64,000 bases of DNA from an uncultured delta proteobacterium (GTDB lineage: Bacteria; Myxococcota_A; Polyangia; Fen-1088), in NCBI GenBank assembly GCA_963796685.1, contig CAWCMR010000008.1:64001-128000 (forward strand), in the 5' to 3' direction. The notes under the pieces are model-generated. The model saw only the letters and a program-made list of their open reading frames with translations, had not been told where the DNA came from and searched no databases. Of the stretch, positions 1-8,112 are shown one piece after another (the stretch's first letter is position 1; each line of letters opens with the position of its first letter). A program made the position numbers and the translations under genes.

Positions 1-15
1 CGACACGGATGCCAA
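1..15 (-). promoter_or_regulatory. possible sigma54 -24/-12 promoter pointing out of the window
   Basis: Reverse strand reads TTGGCAT-CCGTG-TCG at the window edge; the -12 GC is cut off, so it cannot be confirmed. Confidence 0.3.
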
Positions 16-138
16 GTCCGGCGCCGACGAAGCCGCACTGACCGAGGCGGCTGGCGATATCGCCGCAGCCTATACCACGATCTCGCGCTCGCTTCGTTTG
101 CGACAGTCGCAATCCCAAACCAACGGTTCGGAGTCACC

Positions 139-1326
139 ATGACAAGCGCCGTCTCGTTCCCCATTCCCCACCGTCCCGACATCCTGCCGCCCATCGGTCG
201 CACGCAGATCATGCAGGACGTGCTGTCCGCCGTCGAAGATGTCGCGCGGGCCAGCACCACGGTCCTGCTTCTGGGCGAAAGCGGAACCGGCAAAGAGGTC
301 TTTGCCCGCTACATCCATGGTACCTCTCCGCGCAGCAGCGGGCCCTGGGTCGCGGTCAATTGCGCCGCTTTGCCGGGCGAGCTTTTGGAAAGCGAGCTCT
401 TCGGTCACGAGAAGGGCTCCTTCACCGGCGCCGCGGATCGCCGCATCGGCCGCATCGAGCAGGCCGACCACGGCACGCTTCTCCTCGACGAGATTTCGGA
501 GATGCCCATTGCCCTGCAGGTCAAGTTGCTGCGCGTGTTGCAGGAGCGCGAGGTGGACCGCGTGGGCGGGGCGCGCCCGGTGCCCGTCGACGTGCGCATC
601 GTGGCCACCTCGAACCGCGACCTGGCCGCCATGGTGGCCCGGGGCGAGTTCCGCGCCGATCTCTATTATAGGCTTTCGGTTTTCCCCATTTTCCTGCCGC
701 CCCTGCGCGAGCGCCGCGAAGACATCCCGGCCCTCGCCGCGCAACTGACCGAGGAAATCGCCGTGCGGCTGGGGCGGCCCGCCCCCATGCTATCCGACGA
801 GGCGCTGGCCAAGCTCGTGGCCTACGAGTTCCCGGGCAACGTGCGCGAGCTCGCCAACGTGCTGGAGCGCGTGCTGGTCCGCTGCCACGAAACCGCTGTC
901 CCCGCCGAACACGTCGCGGTGGCGCTGGCCACGGTTGGCATCTCCTCCATCCGTCCCTTGCCGAAAGATGTCCCGGGCCGGCAACCCGCGCGCCCGGTCT
1001 TCTCGTCCGAGGCCGGCCACCACGACGAGGGTGACACGAACAACCCGCTCGGAGCGACGACCTTCATGCTGGACGGGTTTCCTCTGGCCCTGGCCGAGCT
1101 CGAACGCATGGCGATCCTCGAAGCCCTTCGCCGCATGCACGGCAACCGCACCCACGCTGCCCGCCTGCTTGGAATCAGCCTGCGCACCCTGCGCAATAAG
1201 CTGCGGGTGCTGCGTCACACGGGCGCGCTTGCTCCCGATGGGCAACTTCTACCCGTGACCGCGCGGGTTGGCGCCTCCGGCGCCGCACACGTGGCACGCC
1301 AATCGCATGAAGAGTCTGCAGCATGA
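139..1326 (+). CDS. sigma54-dependent enhancer-binding protein (FleQ/FlrA-like flagellar activator) without N-terminal sensory domain
   Basis: Walker [15 protein letters not shown] loop, [23 protein letters not shown], Fis-type HTH ([21 protein letters not shown]); heads the flgB operon. Confidence 0.9.
   Translation: MTSAVSFPIPHRPDILPPIGRTQIMQDVLSAVEDVARASTTVLLLGESGTGKEVFARYIHGTSPRSSGPWVAVNCAALPGELLESELFGHEKGSFTGAADRRIGRIEQADHGTLLLDEISEMPIALQVKLLRVLQEREVDRVGGARPVPVDVRIVATSNRDLAAMVARGEFRADLYYRLSVFPIFLPPLRERREDIPALAAQLTEEIAVRLGRPAPMLSDEALAKLVAYEFPGNVRELANVLERVLVRCHETAVPAEHVAVALATVGISSIRPLPKDVPGRQPARPVFSSEAGHHDEGDTNNPLGATTFMLDGFPLALAELERMAILEALRRMHGNRTHAARLLGISLRTLRNKLRVLRHTGALAPDGQLLPVTARVGASGAAHVARQSHEESAA
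1292..1307 (+). promoter_or_regulatory. sigma54 promoter for flgB operon
   Basis: TGGCAC-GCCAA-TCGCA with exact GG-N10-GC spacing, just upstream of flgB ATG. Confidence 0.7.
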
Positions 1327-1745
1327 AGGTCTTCGACAATACTCTGGCGCGCCTCGAACGGGCTCTCGATGTCCGACTGGTACGTCAGAACGTGCTGTCG
1401 GCCGACGTGGCCAACGTCGACACACCCGGGTTCAAGCCCAAGGACGTGGACTTCACCGCGACCATGGCGGCCATCGAGGGCGCGGCCCACGACGGAAGCG
1501 GTGTCTCGCTGCCCACGCCGCCCACGCTGGGCGCCGCGGCGACGGACACGAACGGTCTGGCCGCGCGCGACTTGCCCATCGTCGATGTACCCGCGGGCGG
1601 CGCTTCGTTCGACGGCAACACGGTGGACTTGGACCGAACCATGGTGGCCATGGCGGAGAACGCCCTTCAGTACGGCGCCAGCGCCAAGGCCGCGGGAAAG
1701 AAGCTGGCCATCTTGCGCTACGTGGTTTCCGACGGAAACGGATGA
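1323..1745 (+). CDS. flgB: flagellar basal-body rod protein FlgB
   Basis: [21 protein letters not shown] and DGNTVDLD motifs; followed by flgC-fliE. Confidence 0.95.
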   Translation: MKVFDNTLARLERALDVRLVRQNVLSADVANVDTPGFKPKDVDFTATMAAIEGAAHDGSGVSLPTPPTLGAAATDTNGLAARDLPIVDVPAGGASFDGNTVDLDRTMVAMAENALQYGASAKAAGKKLAILRYVVSDGNG

Positions 1746-1761
1746 CGGGAGAGAAATCATC

Positions 1762-2190
1762 ATGGACTTTCTGACTGCCTTGCATGTGAGCGGCTCCGGA
1801 CTTTCGGCCGAGCGAACGCGCGTCAACCTCGCGTCGTCCAATTTGGCCAACGCCGAGACCACGCGCGGCCCGGGCGGCAAACCCTACCAGCGCCTGGATC
1901 CGGTCTTCCAAGCCATCCACATCGGCGCGGACGACGAAGCGGCCACCGTGGGCCAGTCGCCGCTCGGCGTGCAGGTGTCGCAAATCGTCGCCGATCCCAC
2001 GCCGGGCAAGCAGGTCTACAGCCCCGGTCATCCGGATGCCGACGCCAACGGCTTCGTGACCTTCCCCAACGTCAATCCCATCAGCGAAATCGTGAACCTG
2101 CTCTCGGCCTCGCGCGCCTTCGAGGCCAACGCCACCGCAGTGGAAACCCTCAAGGCCATGGCCGCCCGGGGCCTGGACATCACGAAGTAA
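1762..2190 (+). CDS. flgC: flagellar basal-body rod protein FlgC
   Basis: ATG at 1762 inside ORF 1369..2190; SSNLANAETT, YSPGHPDADANGFV, PNVN, ASRAFEAN. Confidence 0.95.
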   Translation: MDFLTALHVSGSGLSAERTRVNLASSNLANAETTRGPGGKPYQRLDPVFQAIHIGADDEAATVGQSPLGVQVSQIVADPTPGKQVYSPGHPDADANGFVTFPNVNPISEIVNLLSASRAFEANATAVETLKAMAARGLDITK

Positions 2191-2196
2191 TTCGCC

Positions 2197-2526
2197 ATGA
2201 ACCTGCGCATCGAAGGTGGTCAGAATCTCTCGGAAGCCGGCGCCGCGGATCGCCTCGGTCAAATCGACCGCATGGATCGCGCCATCGTCGCGCCGGGCGC
2301 GGACAAGACGTCACAATTCGGCAGCGAGCTCGGCAAGGCCATCGGCGAGATCGACAAGCTGCAAAACGCGGCCGACACGCAGGCCGACGCTGTCGCGCGT
2401 GGCGCGGGCAACATCCATGAGATGGCCCTGGCCCTGGAAAAGGCCGACGTGGCCATGCGCCTGGCCATGCGCGTGCGCAACAAGCTCGTCGACACCTACA
2501 ACGAGATCATGCGGATGGGGATCTAG
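2197..2526 (+). CDS. fliE: flagellar hook-basal body protein FliE
   Basis: C-terminal IHEMALALEKA...VRNKLVDTYNEIMRM. Confidence 0.95.
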   Translation: MNLRIEGGQNLSEAGAADRLGQIDRMDRAIVAPGADKTSQFGSELGKAIGEIDKLQNAADTQADAVARGAGNIHEMALALEKADVAMRLAMRVRNKLVDTYNEIMRMGI

Positions 2527-2529
2527 TCC

Positions 2530-4113
2530 ATGGAACCAGTCCTCAAGACACTCAAGGAAGCCAGCAAGCGCTACGCCGAGCTCAACGCGGCGACGCGCAT
2601 GCTGCTCGCGGGCGTGCTGTCCCTGGCCACGGTGATCGCGGTGGTCGCCATCGTCTTCAGCACCGGTTCGACCTACCAGTACGCCTTCACCAACCTCGGC
2701 CCCGAAGACAGCACCGACGCGGCCGCAGCCCTCAAAGCGGCGGGAATTTCCTTCCGCACCGAGGCCGGCGGCAGTGCGCTGTCGGTACCGGCGTCGCAGG
2801 TCCACGAAGCGCGCCTCATGCTCGCGGCCCAGGGGCTTCCCAGGGGCGGCGGGGTCGGATTCGAATTGTTCGACCGTGGCGACTTCGGCGCCTCGGAGTT
2901 CACCCAGCGGGTGAATTTGCGCCGGGCCACCGAGGGCGAGCTGGCGCGTACCATCTCGCATCTCCAGTCGGTGCGCTCGGCCCGCGTGCACGTGACCTTG
3001 ACCGAAAAGGGTCTCTACCGTGACGACGATCGGCACGCCTCGGCGGCCGTGGTGCTCAATCTGCAACCCGGAAGAACCATGCAGGAGCGCGAGCTGGCGG
3101 GCGTGCGCCACCTGGTGGCGTCTGCGGTGGCGGGCCTCAACCCGGACAGCGTGACCGTGGTCGATCAGCGGGGCGCGGTGCTGTCCGGCGATCTCTCGCC
3201 CTCGGCCAAACAAAACAAGGAAGAGCACGATATCGAGTCCGGTCTCGAGCAGCGAATCACCGACCTGCTCGAACCCGCAGTCGGGCGCGGCGCCATCGTG
3301 GCCAAGGTCACGGCCACGCTCGACACCACCGAGATCGAGACCACCCAGGACAACTACGACCCCGACTCGGCTACCGTGCGCAGCGAGCACAAGACCACTG
3401 AAACCGTCAACAGCGACGGCACCACGGGCTCCGGAGTTGCCGGCGCGGCGGCCAACCAACCCATCGCGGCCGTGCCCGGCGGCGGCTCGGGTGCTTCGCG
3501 GACGCAAACCGCGCGCGACGACGAGGTTCGCAACTACGAGATCGCCAAGAAAGTGACCCACACCATCACGCGCACGCCGCGGGTGGTTCGCCTGTCGGCC
3601 GCGGTCTTGGTCGACGGCGTCGGCGGCAAACCGCGGCCCGACGCAGAGGTGCGCCGCTTGTCGGATCTGGCCAAGCACGCCATCGGCTTCGACGAAAAAC
3701 GCGGCGACGTGTTCGAGATTTCGAGCGCCCCCTTCACCAAGCTCGACGAGAGCACGGTGACCATCCCCATCTGGGATCGCGCCGACATCTGGCGCCTTGG
3801 CCGCATCATCCTGTGGGGCATCCTGGCCACCTTCGGCATGCTCATCGTCTTTCGCATCTACCGCCGCGCCACCTCCGCGCTCGCCTTCATCAAGCCCGGA
3901 GCCCGCGTGGGCGACGTCCAGATGTTGCTCGGCCGCGGCGACGGCGCCGCCCTGCCCGCCATGGGCCGCGCCGATGCTCTGGTCCTGCGCGAACAAGCGC
4001 GCGAGCTCTCCAAGACCGATCCGCAGCGTGCGGCCAATCTGCTTCGCGCCTGGGTCGACTCCGACGGGAACCCGCGGTCCGGGGCCGTTAACGAAGGTGC
4101 AGCAAGGAGATGA
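2530..4113 (+). CDS. fliF: flagellar MS-ring protein FliF
   Basis: Two TM segments, GFELFD, RATEGELARTI, ASAAVVL, RLSAAVLVDG. Confidence 0.95.
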   Translation: MEPVLKTLKEASKRYAELNAATRMLLAGVLSLATVIAVVAIVFSTGSTYQYAFTNLGPEDSTDAAAALKAAGISFRTEAGGSALSVPASQVHEARLMLAAQGLPRGGGVGFELFDRGDFGASEFTQRVNLRRATEGELARTISHLQSVRSARVHVTLTEKGLYRDDDRHASAAVVLNLQPGRTMQERELAGVRHLVASAVAGLNPDSVTVVDQRGAVLSGDLSPSAKQNKEEHDIESGLEQRITDLLEPAVGRGAIVAKVTATLDTTEIETTQDNYDPDSATVRSEHKTTETVNSDGTTGSGVAGAAANQPIAAVPGGGSGASRTQTARDDEVRNYEIAKKVTHTITRTPRVVRLSAAVLVDGVGGKPRPDAEVRRLSDLAKHAIGFDEKRGDVFEISSAPFTKLDESTVTIPIWDRADIWRLGRIILWGILATFGMLIVFRIYRRATSALAFIKPGARVGDVQMLLGRGDGAALPAMGRADALVLREQARELSKTDPQRAANLLRAWVDSDGNPRSGAVNEGAARR

Positions 4114-4116
4114 CCC

Positions 4117-5139
4117 ATGCCCGATAACGCCCTCGCTGAATTGACCGCCGGTGTCGGAGCCCAACGGGCCGCGGCGGTGCTGCTGGGGCTCGGTCCCGAG
4201 GTGGCGTCGCAGATCTTCAAGACTCTCGACGAGCGTGTGGTCGAGCGCATCGCCGCCGGCGCCCGCGACCTGCGCCGCGATCCTTCCATCGTTCCGGCCG
4301 CCTTGGACGCCTTCGTCAACGCCATGTCCGGCCTGGCTGCGGATGCCTACGGCGCCGACGGCCTTCTGCGTGAAGCCACGGTGAGAGCCATGGGGCAGGA
4401 CGTGGCCAAGCGCATTTTCGACGTTCAACCCGAATCCGAGGAACCCGTGAGCGAAAACTTCACTGCCCTGGCCGAAGCCGATCCGGAATCCCTTGCCATG
4501 CTGCTCTCGCGGGAATTGCCGCAGACCGCGGCCGTGGTGCTCGGCATTCTGGAACGCCCGCGCGCCCTGGCCGTCCTCAAGCACATCCCCGTCGAGATGC
4601 GCCCCCAAATCGTGCGCCGCCTGGCCACCCTGGAATCGGTAGCGCCCGAGGTGCTACGCGAGGTCGGGCAAGGTCTTGCCGAAGAGCTGACAGCCTCGGT
4701 ACCGGCCAACACCCGTCGCGTCGACGGCCGCTCTGCCGCGGTCGAGCTATTGCGTGCCGTCCCCGCCGCCCAGCAGTCCGAGGTGGTCGGGGAAATCGAG
4801 AAGGACGATCCCGAGCTGGCCGCCAACCTGCGCGGCAAGCTCTTCACCTTCGGCGACCTCATGAACCTCACGGATCGCGACATGCAGACCCTCATCCGCG
4901 AGATCGACATGAGCCAGCTGTCCACGGCGCTCAAGGGCGCACCCGATGCCATCAAGGGCCGCTTCACCAAGAACATGTCGTCGCGCGCGGGCCAGATGCT
5001 CGAAGACGAGATCGAGGCCATGGGCCCGGTCAAGCTGGCGGCCGTCGAGGGCGCGCAAGCCGAATTGGTCAAGGTGGCCTTCAGCCTCGCCGAGCAAGGC
5101 CGCATCACCATCGTCAACCCGACGGACAAGATGGTGTAA
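4117..5139 (+). CDS. fliG: flagellar motor switch protein FliG
   Basis: AAAVLLGLG, ELPQTAAVVL, LFTFGDL, ALKGA, NMSSRA. Confidence 0.95.
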   Translation: MPDNALAELTAGVGAQRAAAVLLGLGPEVASQIFKTLDERVVERIAAGARDLRRDPSIVPAALDAFVNAMSGLAADAYGADGLLREATVRAMGQDVAKRIFDVQPESEEPVSENFTALAEADPESLAMLLSRELPQTAAVVLGILERPRALAVLKHIPVEMRPQIVRRLATLESVAPEVLREVGQGLAEELTASVPANTRRVDGRSAAVELLRAVPAAQQSEVVGEIEKDDPELAANLRGKLFTFGDLMNLTDRDMQTLIREIDMSQLSTALKGAPDAIKGRFTKNMSSRAGQMLEDEIEAMGPVKLAAVEGAQAELVKVAFSLAEQGRITIVNPTDKMV

Positions 5140-5142
5140 GTC

Positions 5143-5784
5143 ATGCCAGCCCAACCAGCACTGAGGCGTCCCACTTTCCTTGGCCGTGTCGGCGACCGGA
5201 CGCGGGTGGAAAACGCGGCGTTCAAACCGGGCGGCGATGGGCGCTTTCGCCCGCAGGTCATCGCCAGCTCGGTGCCCGATTCCGACGAGATGGACGGACG
5301 CGCCGCGGTTGCCGCGGTCGCCGAGGCTCAAAAGCTCGCCGCGCAGTTCACCGAACGCACCTCGGCCGCCGTGGAGGTTCTGCGCGCGACCACGGAACGC
5401 TTGGCCGCCGAGGCACGCACGGACGCGCTCGAGATCGGATTTCTGGTCGCCCGGCGCATCCTTGAAATGGAGCTTACCGCCAGCGCCGAGCCGCTGGTCA
5501 ACCTCGTGCGCTCGGCCGTGCGTCGCCTGGGCGAGTCCCGCCGAATCGTCATCCACCTTTCGCCGGGCGATGCGCAGGCCATGAACGCCATCATCGAAAG
5601 CCGCGGCGCCCAGGCCGTGGCCCAGGCCGCCATCTCGCGCGTGGAAATTGTCGCCGATCCGTCGCTGGGACGCGGCGACTGCCTGGTCGAGGGCGACCTG
5701 GTCACGGTCGATGGGCGTATCAACGCCCGCATCGAAGAGCTGCGCCGCGTGCTCGAAGCCGGCGCGGGGGAGAACGCCGAATGA
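5143..5784 (+). CDS. fliH: flagellar export protein FliH
   Basis: Between fliG and fliI; IHLSPGD and ADPSLGRGDCLVE C-terminal motifs. Confidence 0.85.
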   Translation: MPAQPALRRPTFLGRVGDRTRVENAAFKPGGDGRFRPQVIASSVPDSDEMDGRAAVAAVAEAQKLAAQFTERTSAAVEVLRATTERLAAEARTDALEIGFLVARRILEMELTASAEPLVNLVRSAVRRLGESRRIVIHLSPGDAQAMNAIIESRGAQAVAQAAISRVEIVADPSLGRGDCLVEGDLVTVDGRINARIEELRRVLEAGAGENAE

Positions 5785-7151
5785 GCCTGGTCAATCTTGC
5801 CGCCGTCAAACGCTCGCTGGCCGATGCGCAATCTTGCGTGCTGGCAGGCAAGGTCACGCGCGCCTCGGGCATCGTCGTCGAGGCCGTCCTACCCCAGGTC
5901 GCGGTGGGAACATCGTGTGAAATCCGCATCGCCGGCGGACACACCATCACCGCCGAGGTGGTCGGGTTTTCCGGTTCGAATGCCATCCTCATGCCGTTCG
6001 GGGACGTCAAGGGAATCGGCGAGGGTTGCCCCGTGATCCCCCGAGCCAGCGCGGGTGAAATCATGGTGGGCAACCGCCTTCTCGGGCGCGTGGTGAACGC
6101 CGCCATGGAGCCGCTCGACGATCGCGGCGGTCTCATCCTCGATGCACGCGTGCCCATCCACACCGCCGCGCCACGGGCTATGAGTCGACGCCGCATCAGT
6201 CGACCTCTCGTGCTCGGCATCCGGTCGATCGATTCCTGTCTCACGTGTGGCGAGGGCCAGCGACTCGGCATCATGGCCGGCCCCGGCATCGGCAAGAGCG
6301 TGTTGCTGGGCATGCTCGCCCGCAGCGCGGACGCCGACGTCATCGTCGTCGGGCTGGTCGGCGAGCGCGGTCGCGAGGTACGCGAGTTCGTCGAACGCGA
6401 TCTGGGCAAGGGGCTGTCGCGCTCCGTGGTCGTGGTGGCGACCGGCGATGAATCGCCGCTCGTACGCGTGCGCGCGGGCATGGCCGCAACGGCGGTGGCC
6501 GAGTTCTTTCGTGACCAGGGCAAGCGCGTGCTCCTGCTGGTCGATTCGCTCTCGCGCATGGCCATGGCCCAGCGAGAAATCGGGCTGGCCGCGGGCGAGC
6601 CCCCCACCTCGCGCGGGTATCCACCGTCGGTGTTCGCCATGTTGCCCCGCCTGGTCGAGCGCGCCGGCAACGCCGAGGGACAGGGCAGCATCACCGCCAT
6701 GTACACCGTCCTGGCCGAGGGCGACGATTTGACCGATCCCGTGGTCGATGCCTCGCGCGCCGCCCTGGACGGTCACATCGTCTTGAGCCGCAGCCTGGCC
6801 ATGGCCGGCCACTTCCCGGCCGTCGACGTCCTCGGCAGCGTCAGCCGCGTGATGACGGACGTCGTGACCGCCGACCACCGCATGTTGGCTCGCCGCGTGC
6901 GCGAGGTGCTGTCCGCTTACAAAGACGCCGCGGATCTGGTCGAGGTCGGCGCGTACGTGAGTGGAACCAACCCGCGCGTCGACGCCGCTCTTCGCTGCAT
7001 CAGCGAGCTGAATGCCTTCTTGTGCCAGGAACCGAACGAGCGCTTCGCGCTTGCCGAGACCTTGACCCGGTTACGCAAAGCCCTCGATGGAAAGCCAGCC
7101 GATGGCAAGCCGCTTGCAATGGGTCCCAAGCAGGAGGAACGTCGTGCCTAG
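5781..7151 (+). CDS. fliI: flagellar export ATPase FliI
   Basis: GPGIGKS Walker A, LVGERGREV, DSLSR, GEPP..RGYPPSVF, LDGHIVLSR. Confidence 0.96.
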   Translation: MSLVNLAAVKRSLADAQSCVLAGKVTRASGIVVEAVLPQVAVGTSCEIRIAGGHTITAEVVGFSGSNAILMPFGDVKGIGEGCPVIPRASAGEIMVGNRLLGRVVNAAMEPLDDRGGLILDARVPIHTAAPRAMSRRRISRPLVLGIRSIDSCLTCGEGQRLGIMAGPGIGKSVLLGMLARSADADVIVVGLVGERGREVREFVERDLGKGLSRSVVVVATGDESPLVRVRAGMAATAVAEFFRDQGKRVLLLVDSLSRMAMAQREIGLAAGEPPTSRGYPPSVFAMLPRLVERAGNAEGQGSITAMYTVLAEGDDLTDPVVDASRAALDGHIVLSRSLAMAGHFPAVDVLGSVSRVMTDVVTADHRMLARRVREVLSAYKDAADLVEVGAYVSGTNPRVDAALRCISELNAFLCQEPNERFALAETLTRLRKALDGKPADGKPLAMGPKQEERRA

Positions 7152-8112
7152 TCTCGCCATCCCGCTTTGGCTGTTTTTCGCTGCGGCCGCGCAGCCCGAT
7201 CCGTTGTCGCCACCTCCCCACGGCCGCGATGCCGGTGTTCCCGCCCAACCGATCAAGCCAGCCATGCCCGTGATCAAGGCGATACCGTCGGTCGCGAAGC
7301 CCATCGATCCCACATCGCCCACATCGCCCACATCGCCCAAGCCGCCGAAGTCCCCCAGCGCGACCGTGGAGGACAGAAGCACCACCCCTTCCTCTCGAGC
7401 TGGCAAGACCGTCAAATTGCCGCCGCGACTCGATACCGCCGACCCTGCCAACGAGGAACCGGAGGAGGAAATGGTTGCCTCGCCATCGAGCAGAAGCAAA
7501 TCGCGGCGAAGAGGGCCCCGCAAGGTCGCCACCGTCGAGCGCGCCGAGGCGCCGGAACGCAAGAGCCCCTGGTCGGCGGATCGCTACGCGGCGGTCGTCC
7601 CACCGGGTCTGACCCTGGCGGCCTTGCGCAACCAACTTTCCAAGAACGCCACGACCACCGTGGATCCGGGCTCACAGGCCGGCGACCGCGCCAGGCCGTC
7701 GGATTCGCTGTCCGACATCGAAAAAGCTCGAGAGAGCCTGCGACAGGAAACCATCCGGCTCGAGGCACTCATCAAAACGGCGAGCAACTGTGGTGGTGGC
7801 GGTAGCGGCATGGCCATGGGCGAGCCGATGCTACCAACCGCATCCATTCCAGCCGAGACCCTGCGCGAGGCTGCGAGCGAGCAGATCGATTCCGTCTCGA
7901 AGGCGATCAAGGGCATGAAGCCCGAACAGGCAGCGCCGGTGATCGGGCGCTTGGATCGCGGGTTGGCGGCGGAGATTCTGCGCCGGATGAAGTCCAGCGA
8001 CGCGGGCGCAATCCTCGGCCTGCTCAAGCCCGATCTGGCGGCCGAGCTGGCGACGGTCATTGCCACGCGCAAGCCGATGTACGGGAAAGACAAGAAGGCG
8101 AGCGCCAAGTGA
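7144..8112 (+). CDS. MotE/FlbB/YlxF-like periplasmic flagellar protein (MgtE-N-like C-terminal domain)
   Basis: GTG at 7144 after GGAGGA; signal-like N-terminus, Pro/Ser linker, coiled coil, repeated MKPEQAA/MKSSDAGAIL motif; located between fliI and fliK. Confidence 0.7.
   Translation: MPSLAIPLWLFFAAAAQPDPLSPPPHGRDAGVPAQPIKPAMPVIKAIPSVAKPIDPTSPTSPTSPKPPKSPSATVEDRSTTPSSRAGKTVKLPPRLDTADPANEEPEEEMVASPSSRSKSRRRGPRKVATVERAEAPERKSPWSADRYAAVVPPGLTLAALRNQLSKNATTTVDPGSQAGDRARPSDSLSDIEKARESLRQETIRLEALIKTASNCGGGGSGMAMGEPMLPTASIPAETLREAASEQIDSVSKAIKGMKPEQAAPVIGRLDRGLAAEILRRMKSSDAGAILGLLKPDLAAELATVIATRKPMYGKDKKASAK
7309..7338 (+). repeat. 9-bp tandem repeat (CCCACATCG)x3 encoding PTS repeats
   Basis: Directly visible, in frame. 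Confidence 0.8.

Noticed and set aside
52-67. TGGCGATATCGCCGCA as a sigma54 promoter for the activator
   Set aside because: Only GG-N10-GC spacing matches; common by chance in GC-rich DNA
2311-4608. 765-aa antisense ORF over fliE-fliG
   Set aside because: Shadow ORF typical of high-GC coding DNA; no motifs
2530-7151. Non-flagellar type III injectisome interpretation
   Set aside because: Flagellin, hook, rod, L/P rings and stator genes show it is flagellar
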